Source of the DNA: the human T2T-CHM13v2.0 reference genome, Homo sapiens
Reading direction: 5' to 3' (one strand)
Assembly (NCBI RefSeq): GCF_009914755.1
Contig: NC_060942.1
DNA length: 64,000 nucleotides
Part shown: in pieces, positions 1-13,059 of the stretch
How the letters are laid out: the number at the start of each line of letters is the position of its first letter
How positions within the stretch are numbered: position 1 is the first letter of the stretch
Translations under genes and position numbers: made by a program
The notes under the pieces: generated by a model
What the model was told of the DNA's origin: nothing
Seen by the model: the letters and a program-made list of their open reading frames with translations, nothing else
Database searches by the model: none

Positions 1-427
1 ACAGGCCTTACAGGAGCTGATGATAATAGTGCTAAAGAATGTGACACATAGCCAAATTCAACCCTATGTCTGATGAGTCTAAAACCAGGGCTTGTGGGAT
101 GAAAGGACACATAAGAGGATGGGGAACATACTGATGTGAGAAAATGTTTAAACTAATCCAGGAAACAAAAGACATGTGCAATAAATCATTTGGGGGGACA
201 TAATGAGGACATCCACTAAAACAGTGACAACATGAATGAAAAAGCAATCAGATTTGAATAACATTTAATAAAATAAAACTACTACCACTCAGTGACAGAT
301 CAGACACTTAAAATGGGTAAGAAAAACAGATTAATCAAGAAACACTAAGCTTTCTAAATGTAGCACCCAGAGATGGTGATGCCATTAACTAAATCAAGGA
401 CACAGGAAATGGAAAATTGCCATATAT

Positions 428-525
428 ACAGTCAACACTCATTATTCACAGATTCTGTATTTGTAAAATCACCTATTCACTAAAATTTATTTGTAACCCC
501 CAAATCACTATTGCAGCACTTCTGC
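428..525. mobile_element. TcMar-Tigger (MER2-like) fragment
   Basis: ta-cagtcaacactcattattcacagattctgtatttg...aaaatttatttgtaacccccaaatc resembles a MER2-family end. Confidence 0.45.
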
Positions 526-658
526 TAACTGAACTAATCTACATTAATTTTCTAACTTGCACCAAAAAAATCCTAGACCAAATTTCATGACAAAAAATAG
601 AAAGTAAAAAATTCCAAATGAATTCACAGATAAATTATACTATGACAAAGATGATAAA

Positions 659-965
659 GGCTGGATGTGGTGGCTCATGCCTGTAATCCCAGCACTTTGG
701 GAGGCCGAGGCGGGTGGATCACGAGGTCAGGAGATCGAGACCATCCTGGCTAACACGGTGAAACCCCGTGAAACTACTAAAAATACAAAAAATTAGCCGG
801 GCATGGTGGCAGGCACCTGTAGTCCCAGCTACTCAGGAAGCTGAGGCAGGGGAATCGCTTGAACCTGGGAGGTGGAGGTTGCAGTAAGCTGAGATCGCAC
901 CACTGCATTCTAGCCTGGGCTACAGAGTGAGACTCCATCGCAAAAAAAAAAAAAAAAAAAAAAAA
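659..965 (+). mobile_element. Alu (AluSc/AluY-like left arm)
   Basis: Dimeric Alu with gagatcgagaccatcctggctaacacgg, long A tail and atgataaa target-site duplication (TSD). Confidence 0.95.
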
Positions 966-1365
966 TGATAAAATGATAAAATAAAAAGCAAGGTCTGTAT
1001 TTCCTTTGTGTCACTGAGGGTGGATGTGGATGGGGTATTCATGAAAGAAGAGTGGCCATGAGTTGATAGTTACTGAAGCTGAGTGACAAGCACATGGAGT
1101 TTCATTCTTCTCTCTATATTTATATGCTTGAAATTTTCCATAAATTCAAAAATATAAATTAAAAAATTGACTATTTATGAAGTGACTGTAGACCATGAGT
1201 TTGGGGAAGTCAGGAGCCTTTCTTATTCCTAGCTCCTCCCACAGTTCCCAGAAAATAGTAGGTATTTAACAAATATTAGAATGAATGAACCATTGAAAAT
1301 ACTGTACTTAAATCTAATTTGCTAAAGGTGTCTGCTTTGAGAAGCTGAATATGTTCTATCAGCAC

Positions 1366-1943
1366 TGTATTAGTTTTACATTGCTGCCATTAACAAATCA
1401 TCACAAATGTAGCAGCTTTAAACAGCACCATTTGTTATCATACAGTCCTGGGAGTCAGAAGTCCAGTACAGGTCTCACGAGCCTAAAATCCAGGTGTCGG
1501 CAAGCTGCATTCCATTCTGGAGGCTCTAAAGAAGAATTCATTTCCTGTTCATTTGGGTTTTTGGCAGGACTCATTTCCTCGTGGTTGTAGGACCCAGGTC
1601 CCTGTTTTCTTGCTGGGTGTAAACTGAGGGCAATTCTTGGCTTCTAGGGGTCACCACATCCCTTGGCCCATGGATCTCTTGTTCCATCTTCGAAGGAAGC
1701 AAGGACTTTGAGTGACTCCTTATATCACATCTCTCTGACCCACTCTGCTTTGCTCATTTAAGGACTCATGTGATTAGACTGGGCCCGACAGGATAATGAA
1801 TGACAGTCTCTCCATTAAAAGGTCTTTAACTTTAAACACATCTACAACATCACTTTTGACATATAAGTTATGTTACTCACAGGTTCCAGGGATTAGAGCA
1901 TGTACATCTTTGGGGTTTGGAATGGCATTAGTCTGCCTATCAC
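1366..1943 (-). mobile_element. MaLR solo LTR (MLT1 family)
   Basis: tgtattagttt...gctgccattaacaaatcatcacaaa...ctggaggctcta...gtctgcctatca, typical of MLT1 in reverse orientation. Confidence 0.8.
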
Positions 1944-2077
1944 TAGCACTCAGTAAGAATCAGATTATGTGCTAATTTCAGTAAGAACCAAAAATTTGCC
2001 TACCAGCCAGCATAAAAATATTACTCATTGTTATACTATCTGCCAGATTAGGAGGGGAGGTGAGGATAATAAAAATA

Positions 2078-2414
2078 TAGTCATGGGTCCCATAACAGTA
2101 TGTCAGTCAACAATGGACCACATATATGATAATGCTTCCATATTATAATGCCATATTTTAATGTACCCTTTCTATGTTTAGATATGTGTAGATACATACT
2201 TACACTGTGTTACAACTGCCTATAGTATTTAGTGCAGTAACATGCTATACAGGTTTGTAGCCTAGGAGCAACAGGTTATACTATTCAGGGTAGGTGTGTA
2301 GCAGGCTATAACATCTAGGTTTATGTAAGTACACTCTATGATGTTTGCACAATGATGAAATCACCCAACAATGTATTTCTCACAATATCCCCATCATTAA
2401 GCAATGCATAACTG
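2078..2414 (+). mobile_element. Tigger3a (MER7A) non-autonomous DNA transposon
   Basis: tagtcatg...cataac...gtcaacaatggaccacatat start, gcaatgcataactg-ta end, about 340 bp, TA flanks. Confidence 0.8.
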
Positions 2415-2619
2415 TATACACAATGAAGCACAGCTTCAAATGGTAGCAAAGGTATAAATATTAAAAATAGCGAGAACAGAATGATTTTGTGGGGAGAAGG
2501 TGGGCAAAGATGTCAAGAACCTAATTTCCAATTTTTGTTGTCTGAGGATAGTTCTTATAACCACAAAGCAAGGGAAAATTTAAATACACAGGGCAAAAAT
2601 ATTCAGACAAGGATAATCA

Positions 2620-3110
2620 CCATCCCACAGCTGCCCACCCCACTAAGAATAAAACTCGGAGTCCTTAACTCAGCCTCTAAGACCCTGTATGACTTCTGCA
2701 TCCATACTAACTTATCTTCTACCACATACCCTCCCCATCCTTGCTCATTCTGCTCAGCTCTACTGGCTTGCTTAGTGTCCTTGGATATACCAAGCATGTG
2801 ACCGCCTCAAGGCCTTGAAGCTGCTGTTCCCTCTGTTAGAATACTCTCCCATCAAACAGTAACAGGACTCTGTCTTTGACTTTATTATAAGGTCCACTTC
2901 ACAAGAAGCCCTCCCTTATGATCTTGGCTAAAATACCATCACATTACTATTTCTTTCATTGCCCTTATCACATCCTAACATTACATATTAATGTGTTTAT
3001 TGTCTGTCCTATCCCACTCGCAACTAGAATTTATATCTTATTCAGTATTGTATCCCTAGCACCTAAAACAAGGACTGACAACCAGTGAATACTCACATAT
3101 TTTTGAATAG
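2620..3110 (+). mobile_element. L2 3' fragment
   Basis: Degenerate L2 3' motifs (gctgctgttccctctg...tattgtctgtc...gtatccctagcacctaaaaca). Confidence 0.6.
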
Positions 3111-3273
3111 TCTCTTCAACTATGCTCACAGGCACAGTGAGAAATTAATACTATTTTACCAAAACCAAGAAAAATACATCCATTCGTGTACAAATTTTAA
3201 ATGATGAAAAATATCTGAAACTCCCAGCTTCTAAACACTTTTTTATGATTTAACACTCTGCAGAAAAATTTAT

Positions 3274-3415
3274 GCCTGGGCATACTGGTTCATGCCTGTA
3301 ATCCCAGCACGTTAGGAGACTGAGGCAGGAGGATCACTTGAGGCCAGGAGTTCAGGACAGGCTTGGGCAACATACAAGACCCCACCTCTACACCACATTA
3401 AAAAAAAAAAAAAAA
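3274..3415 (+). mobile_element. FLAM_C / Alu left monomer
   Basis: Single Alu arm followed by an A tail. Confidence 0.85.
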
Positions 3416-4962
3416 TCACTAGACTCCTGGAGCCACAGTAACAGAACTAGTAGTAACAACAAAAATAATTACTCAACATTCATTTGAAACAAGACTTACT
3501 CAAAGTAGCCCATGCCTTCATTTAATCCATTTTCTGTAATAAATGGTATTGAAGATGACTGATGTTTTTCAAAAGTCAGTTTAAAAATAAGGAACCCAAA
3601 TTTGGGTTCTACATATCTGGGGAAAAAATGATGTAAACAGAAAAACCCTGGAACAGCCATTTAAGAAATACATTTTAAAGAAACATGTGGGCAAAATGCA
3701 ACTATCCATCAACTACTGCTTCCTCGTTACCACGTTCCCTCACATCTCCTAAGTCTCTGTGATGGCTTCAACTTCCCCTTCTGCCTCCAAACTGCTTGGC
3801 TAACTCATATTCATAACTCAAGACTTTGGACTTTGTTATTCTTGATTGTTTACAAAATAGCCTGTAACTACAAGCCAAAGAACAAGAGATGTCACATGTC
3901 AACACACCACTTAATACGAATAAAAATACAAGATTTAGAGAAAACAAGAATTAATGCCTTAAAAAAAATCTCCTTTTGATCTGATGATGATTGAGTCTGC
4001 AGTTATCTCTCCCGTGAGAAATCTATCAGGAAGAAGAGTAGACATTTCTTATTTTTAAATCATTTTTATGTAAGTTAGTAATAGGACTTCATTAGTAACA
4101 TTCTAAAAGGACATTAATACATATAGTAGGACAACTGTATAACCTTTTGGGGAAAAAAAAAAAGACCTGAATCCATACCACAGACTCTATACAAAAATAA
4201 ATCCCAAATATATCAAAGGTTTAAATCTAAAAAGAAATGGAAGAATTCCTTTATAACATGCTTTAGTGAAGGTCTTTCCAATCATTCATTGGGTATCTAC
4301 TATAAGACAAACTTCACAGAGCTTAAATCTAGAGGGGCAGATAAATAAATATGTTATACATTAAATTAAAAGATAAGTGCTATGAAAAAAGTAAGGGTAT
4401 AAAGGTAGGACCAAGAGTGCCAGGTTAGGGTAGAAGGTTAAGTAACAGGCTAAGCTGCTGTGACAAAGAGGTCTAAAGTTCAAGTATTTAAAACAGGATC
4501 AAAGTTAATTTCTCTGCCATATCATAATCCAGAAAATAATCCAGATCAGGTAGGCTCCACTTGATAAGAATACACAAGGCCCATGCTGGGAGGGAAGCTC
4601 TACTACCCTTTGCATGTGCTTCAAAGTTTGTGCCAGTTGTTATAATTTCCCACCAAAGAGAAGGGGGAAAAAATGCACTCCAAGGCAAGTCATTTCTTTT
4701 TTTTTAATGTAAAAGCATATATCTCTTCTTCTGGTACATCCATATCTAGCTGCAGGGAATCCTGATAAATGGCATCTCTACCTGGACAGCCGTTGTCCAG
4801 CTAAACTCTAAATAAAGAAGATAAATTTGGGGGACTACTGACAACCTATCACAGGTGTGTTACAATTTTAAATAAGAAGACCTCAACAAGGACTTGACAT
4901 TTAAGCAAAGACTTGAAAGAAGCAAGGTGGCAAGGGAAGTGTCTTCCAAGTAGAGGGCCCAG

Positions 4963-5034
4963 CACACGCAGTCCCTAAGGTAGGAATACACCTAGTACCA
5001 CATGCAGTCCCTAAGGTAGGAATACACCTAGTAC
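4963..5034. repeat. 36-bp tandem duplication (2 copies, 1 mismatch)
   Basis: cacaYgcagtccctaaggtaggaatacacctagtac twice. Confidence 0.95.
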
Positions 5035-5436
5035 CTTTAAGGAACAACAAAGAGGCCAGTAGGGCTAGAATAGAATCTGCAAGAAGAGTAGTAAGAGATG
5101 AGGTTTAAAAAGGTAAAACTAAATCAGCTTATAGATCCTTAAGCCTAAAAGCTATAAAAGATGGATAAATTTAAATTATTCAAAATTGTTAAAAAGTCAT
5201 CATGATAAAAACAAAAATATCCTATAAGCAAGTAAGTCAACAGGCAAACTGAAAAAAATATTTACATTCTAACACAGAAAGGGTTTTAGAAAGATACAAC
5301 AGAGGCGGCAATACAACCTGAGCAAAGGATATGAGCAAAAACAAATTAACAATGTCCATCAATAAGGGCATGATTAAATATATTTTGACACTGATCTACA
5401 ACAGAACATTATATAGCTTTTGAAGAAGAGTGAGAA

Positions 5437-6120
5437 AGGCTGTGGAGAAACTGAAACCCTCTTTCATGGCTGGCAGGAAGGTAAAGTGGTGAAACTGCTG
5501 TGGAAAAGTTTGGCAGTTAACTCAAAAAGTTAAATACAGAGTTACCATATCACTTAGCAATTCCATTCCTAGATGCATAGCCAGAAGAACTGAAAACGTT
5601 TCTACACAAAATCTTGTACATTGATGCTCAAAGCAGCATTACTCATAATGGCCAAAAAGTAAAAATAAACCCAATGCATATCAACTGGTGAATAAGCAAA
5701 ATGTGGTATATACAGACAATGGGATACTTTTCAGCATAAAAAAGAATGAAATACTGGTACATATTATATAACATGAATGAACTCTGAACACATTATACAA
5801 AGTAAATGCCAGATACAAAAGCCATATATTGTATGATTTCACTTGCATAAAATATCCAGAATAGGGAAATGCATAGACAGAAGGCAGATGAGTGGTTACT
5901 AGGGGCAGAAGAGAGGGATAAATGAGGCCTGAAGTAGTCAGGCCCATTAGCAAATGGGTGCACAGTTTCTCTTTGGATAATGAAAATGTTCTAGAATTAG
6001 ATAGTGGTGTTGGTTTCACAACTTTGTGAACATACTGCAAACCACTGAACTGTATATTTTTAAAGGGTGAAAATTTTAGTATTTAAAATATACCTCAATG
6101 AAGTTGTTATTTAAAAAATA
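5437..6120 (+). mobile_element. L1MB-type 3' end
   Basis: ggctgtggagaaactgaaacc...gcaattccattcctag...gaaaatgttctagaattagatagtggt; old L1 ORF2 end and 3'UTR. Confidence 0.8.
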
Positions 6121-6268
6121 AAAATGAGAAAGTTCTATATAGTGTACAACAACTGCCAGGATAGAATGTTAACTAGAAAAAGAATAAAGTTCAAAACAAT
6201 ATGTAGAATTTCCTGCCTTTTATGTGGAAGCAAGGTGAAATAAGAATCTATATTCATAACTGAATATA

Positions 6269-6632
6269 CAGATGCTCTTTGACTAATAATGGAGTTATGT
6301 CCCAATAAATCTACTGTAAGTTGAAAGTATCAAAAGCCAAAAATGCATTTAAATACCCTAACCTATTATATTATAACTTAGCTTAGCTTACCTTAAACAT
6401 GCATGAATACTTAAATAAGCCTACAGTTGGGCAAAGTCATCTAACACAAAGCCTACTTTATAATAAAGTGTTGAATATTTCATGTAATTTATTGAACACT
6501 GTACTGAAAGTGAAAAATAAAATAGTTGTATAGGTACTTGAAGTACAGTTTCTACTGAATGCCTATCGCTTTCACATAATCGTAAATTCAAAAAATCATA
6601 AGTCAAATTATCATTAAGTTGTAGGTCATCTC
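6269..6632 (+). mobile_element. MER47A (TcMar-Tigger) MITE
   Basis: ta-cagatgctctttgact...cctacagttgggcaaagtcatctaacacaaagcct...; full length, about 365 bp. Confidence 0.85.
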
Positions 6633-6959
6633 TATATTTGTGAAAAATTATAAGGGCAAGTAAGAAACTAAGAATAGCAGTTAACTATGGAGGCCAATGG
6701 AAGGACTAGGGAGATGGGAGACAAGGATGAGAGGGAGATTGTTCATGCATACTTTTATGTGTTGGATTTTTGAATAATATAAATGCATCATCTATATAAA
6801 AATTAAGTTAATAACTAAAAACAGAAGACTGCCATAAATATTAAAAACTGAACTTCTATTCATTAAAATATAACATATTGAAATAAAAGCAAAGAAAAAA
6901 ACGAAGTTACCCTAATCACAAGCAGTATATGCTGCAGGAGTCGCCGATTCGAAATGAAG

Positions 6960-7100
6960 AAAGTCAGGGCCTGCTTCTAAGCATCTATTAACTCGCTCTG
7001 TTAACCTCAACAAATAACTTCTCTGCGTCTCAGTTTTCTTATTTGTAAATAAGTACACTGTGCAAGAGGACCTCTAATGGCATTTCCTCCCGTAACTTTC
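6960..7100 (+). mobile_element. MIR fragment
   Basis: aacttctctgcgtctcagttttcttatttgtaaa MIR core. Confidence 0.6.
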
Positions 7101-8055
7101 TATAATGCTCTTAAAAAGGAATTCAAAAGCAATGTTACATTTCTGTGAAGACAAAATTAAAAATATATTAATTTGGCTATCTTAAGTGCCAAATAATCAG
7201 GAAAAAGAGCCAGAGAGGCCAATACTTGAAAGAAACCAAAATTCTACCATGCTGAGTGTGGTGGTTTTTAGAAGATGAAAAATGTTTTAATTCAACAGAT
7301 CTTTCTTGTTTTAATGTCAGAAGATTTTCATTACACAATCACCAAAACAAAGTCAACCTTAAAAAGCCAAAATACTGCTTTGGCTGCCATATTATCCCAA
7401 GAACTTTCCACCATCTGCTCTGGAAATGTCCTAGAACAAACTACTGCTGGAGCAAGTTATTAATTTCATGTGAAGAAAAAGAGACAGGCGCCATGACCCT
7501 GCACTGCACTGCTAGGGCACAGTGGAACACTTGGATAAAGACAAAAGACTTCATGAAATGGGTGTTAGTGTTGGCTAAGAGCAGTCAACGAATACAGAGG
7601 AAAAAAACATCCTCCTTTTACTTACTATTGGATAAGAAACCTGATGGTACTGTAAATGGAACATAAGTTTAATAAAAACAACTGACAAGTTCAAAGGATT
7701 GAGACCAAAATTTAGAAATATCAATGCATGCCAACATGGAGATTCTAGGAGTCAAATATGGGGAAAGACTAAAAAATAATATGCTATAGTACAGATATTA
7801 TCAACAAAAGTATGTTAGTATAATGGCCAGTTTTAAAAATTAACAAATCAAAGACATGGTAATACTCCTCATTTATAAAAGTCTTAACACTAGAAGAAAC
7901 AGTGCTTGGCATTTGGGATTCAAGAAATGTGGATTTTAGTCTCAGAACTGCCACTCAGTACCGTTATCGACCACATTACCTATCAACTTCATCATATATA
8001 AACTAAAGGGATGGATCACACAAATTAAAATATCCATTACTTTTTTTATGATTTA

Positions 8056-8714
<659 letters not shown>

Positions 8715-9121
8715 TTAAATACTATACTGTATATGCAAAAAATGCATCAAATATTTAAAATATAGCCATAAATTTTCTTGAAATAAATTAAAGTTCAACA
8801 CAAAAAAAGTTATTAAAAATATTCTTAAAAACAAAAATTAAGATAGACTGACAGATTGAAAAGATGGACATATAATGATAAAGCAAATATTCCAAAATTG
8901 TAACAAGTATAGAATTTATGGTGGGTAAGTACATGTCCAAAGTGCAATTAGGTCAACTCAAAATGTTGCACTCATAAAACATGGAATAATCAGAGAAAAA
9001 GAACTCTCCGGAACTAAAAATAATTGTAAAATTTCATCAAATGTTAGAAATGGCTTTTAAAAATATTAAGAGATATTCAACTTCACTTACAATGAGCAAA
9101 TGCACATAAGAATCACAATAT

Positions 9122-9415
<294 letters not shown>

Positions 9416-9872
9416 GGATCACAGTATGACTTCAATCTTTAACTTACAAAAAATTTTATAATGTACAATGTTTGCAAGGCTCTACTAGAGGCTTTTGGTG
9501 GGACTATAATTGGTATAATCTTTTTAGGGAATAAATTGTTACCAAATTTATCACATCTTTATCAAAACTTAAAATGTGCACAATTAATGCCAACTCTAAA
9601 ATACATATGATGGCTATATCTGTATATATGAAGTGAATTTATGTACATGAATATTCATTGGAGTGTTGTTTATAATAGTAAAAGACTGGAAATGAACTAA
9701 ATTTTCATAAGATACTGATTAAATTATGATATATTCAGACAATCCATACATAGCTATAAAAAATCAAAGTTGATCTATAGCTACTGATTGGGAAAAATCA
9801 AGTTAAAAGTGATAAAAGCAACTTACAGAATAGTCTGTCTGGCTGGTATCATTTTTATTTAAAAACACTTTT

Positions 9873-10202
<330 letters not shown>

Positions 10203-10424
10203 TTATGCGGTATGCTATGAATGGGAGAGGGAATAGAAGATTAGACAGTAAGGGTCCAAAGTGAGAAGATGACTTATTATATTCCCTTTCATACCGTCTG
10301 ATTTTTTCCATGCACACATATTACCTATTAAAAATAAGTATTTTAGTACAGAAATTTTGATGAGGGAGGTCAAAAACTAAAAATCAAACAAATTTCCAAC
10401 AAGTTAGAATTTTTTTAAAAGATG

Positions 10425-10576
10425 TAAAAAGTTGAGATAAGAGAGGTTAAATCTACAAAGTCCAGTATCTGACTTGAACATGAGTTTTAGAGAGACTTAA
10501 AAAGTTGAGATAAGAGAGGTTAAATCTACAAAGTCCAGTATCTGACTTGAACATGAGTTTTAGAGAGACTTAAAAA
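10425..10576. repeat. Perfect 73-bp tandem duplication
   Basis: taaaaagttgagataagagaggttaaatctacaaagtccagtatctgacttgaacatgagttttagagagact twice with no mismatches. Confidence 0.97.
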
Positions 10577-10586
10577 AAGAGGGAAG

Positions 10587-10847
10587 GGCCGGGTACGGTG
10601 GCTCTCGCCTGTAATCCTAGCACTTTGGGAGGCTGAAGAGGGCAGAACACTTGAGGTCAGGAGCTCAAGACCAGCCTGGCCAACATGGTGAAACCCTGGC
10701 TCTACTAAAAATATAAAAATTAGCCGGAAATCGCTTGAACCCGGGAGGTGGAGGTTGCAATGAGTCAAGATTGTGCCACTGCACTCCAGTCTGGGCAACA
10801 GAGCGAGACTCTGTCTCTAAATAAATAAACAAATAAAAATTACATTT
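10587..10847 (+). mobile_element. AluS with about 50 bp deleted at the start of the right arm
   Basis: ttagccgg joins directly to aaatcgcttgaac; TSD aaaaagagggaag on both sides. Confidence 0.93.
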
Positions 10848-11489
10848 AAAAAGAGGGAAGAAATGCACAAAGAAATATTGAATAACACAAAAAACTGCCC
10901 ATAGTTGAAGAACAAATATTTACTGACTAATAAGCAGTTCCATCAATGAAAAAATATCAGCCACACTAACACATCACCATATTTCAGAATTCTAAAGACA
11001 AACCCAAGATTCTAAAATCTTCCACCGAGGAAAAGAAAAAAAAAAACCATACAGAGCAATGATAATCAGATGGCATCAGAATTCCCTCTAACAACACTAA
11101 TAATATTATTAGACAATAATGGAATATCTTCAAAACTCTAGGGAATACTGATTATCAGAAACTCATAACTAGCCTACCTATCATTCAAAGGTAGACATAC
11201 AAGACAAATACATACAAATATAGACAAGTAAGGACTAATACTTTCTTCAAAAGCTACATGAGAATGTGCTACATGAAAACTGAGGAAATAAACCAAAAAT
11301 GGCTTTAAAGAATATCAGGCAACTATGGAGGCCACCCAAGAAAATAGTGAAGAGGAATCCCAGATGACACAGCTATGTGATAGCCCTAGAAAGCAACCAG
11401 TCTAGATTGAAGCTAGAGGACTGATGGTGTCAATGAGGGTAGTCCCAAGACTACACGTAGAACTTTCAAAAATGAGGCTAAAATAATAA

Positions 11490-12160
11490 AAAAAGAATGA
11501 AGTACTGATCCATGCTATAACTAGAATGAACCTTGAAAACATACTAAGTAAAACAATGCAAACACAAAAGACCATATGTGATACGATACAATTTGTATGA
11601 AATGTCCAGAATAGCCAAATCCCATAGAAACACAAAGTAGGTCGGTTTTGCTAGGGGCTGAGAAATGAAGAGTGACTGCTAATGGGCACATGGCTTCTGC
11701 CTGGGGTGCTGAAAATGTTCCGGTATTAGATAATGGTGATGGTTGTACAATTTTGTGAATATACTAAAATCAATTAATTGTAGAAGTTAGAAAGCTGAAT
11801 TTTGTAGCATATGAATGCTATCTCAATAAAGCTTTATTTTTAAAAGTGAAGCTAAAATAAAGGAAAAAACACAAAAAGCTAAGAAATGCCATTAAATTCC
11901 AAGAAAAACAAAAACTTACATGGGAAAGTAGATCACGCTATACTTCTTGCCAAGTGGTTGCCAGGGACGAGGAGTTGGGATACAGACTGACTACAAGGGA
12001 AACTAGGGAACTTGAGAGGGATGTAATTGAATTGTTCTACATTATAATTTCAGTGTGTGTAACTGTATGCATTTGTCAAAACTCATAGAACTGAACAATA
12101 GAAAAGATGAATTTTGCTAAATGTAAATTATACATCAATAAACCTAACTTTTAAAATAAA
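11490..12160 (+). mobile_element. Old L1M 3'UTR fragments
   Basis: aaaaagaatgaagtactgatccatgc...gaaaatgttc...tctcaataaagc, plus a second fragment ending tacatcaataaacct. Confidence 0.7.
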
Positions 12161-13059
12161 ATAAAACCTCCCGTGATACTGGAGTGGATTTTTGTAGTTG
12201 AAGCTGACTCTTAAGGAATCAACTATGGATTATTTAGCAAAGTTTGATGCCCAAATAACTGACAGTATCTAGTGATTTACTTTATTAAACTCTCCCTGTG
12301 CCTAAGTACATTACTGGGAGGGTCTGATTTTTTTTTAAAGCTTTTCAATACTCTTTATTGAAATACAATATATCTACTGCAAATTACAAGTACACATATT
12401 GCTTTCTCTGTAAATTCTGATACTCTGTCATCCTGACAGATTTTTGGGAGGGAGTAAAATAGGTCCAAAATGTAGAAACAAAAAAGTTTCCAAATTCCTC
12501 CCTAGTCAGGTCTTCATAGAGTAGTTTCATTAGCCGATTTAAAGTAAATTCTCAAAACAATAAATATACTCAAAGAAAATATACACATTTCCAAGTCACT
12601 TCTCCCATTTAGATTATCTATCCCCTAACTTAGCTCCAATCATGTTACAAGATTTACCTAGATGTCTTCTGATCTAGAAATTAGTAATATTTTAAAACAA
12701 TTAAAATACATCGTAAAACTTTAAGAGACGGAGAGTTCTGTCTTCTCACTATTTTTATTGAACCCAACTAATCCCTGCTCTTTGGCTTCCTTTTGTGTAC
12801 TTCCTACAAAGAATATACTTAAGTAAACTTGTCATCCTGGGGTAAAATAAGTAGATATTAAAGTACAGATAATACAAGTAAGAAGAGAAAAGAAAGAGAA
12901 CTGAATGAAGGGTGTGGGAAGTAGTATCTTTAATTTACAAAGGGAAAGTCAAGTGTTACTGCCTATATTTGAAGGAATAAAGACATATATTACACAGAAA
13001 AACTAAAAATGATAATTTAAATATAATAGAATATAGCAAGGGAAAAGGTGCAAGTAGAA

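Noticed and set aside
7256-7666. 136-aa ORF in apparently unique sequence
   Set aside because: It has a GTG start, no recognisable domain and is antisense to DYM; adjacent sequence (about 7680-7800) looks like a decayed CR1/L3 remnant.
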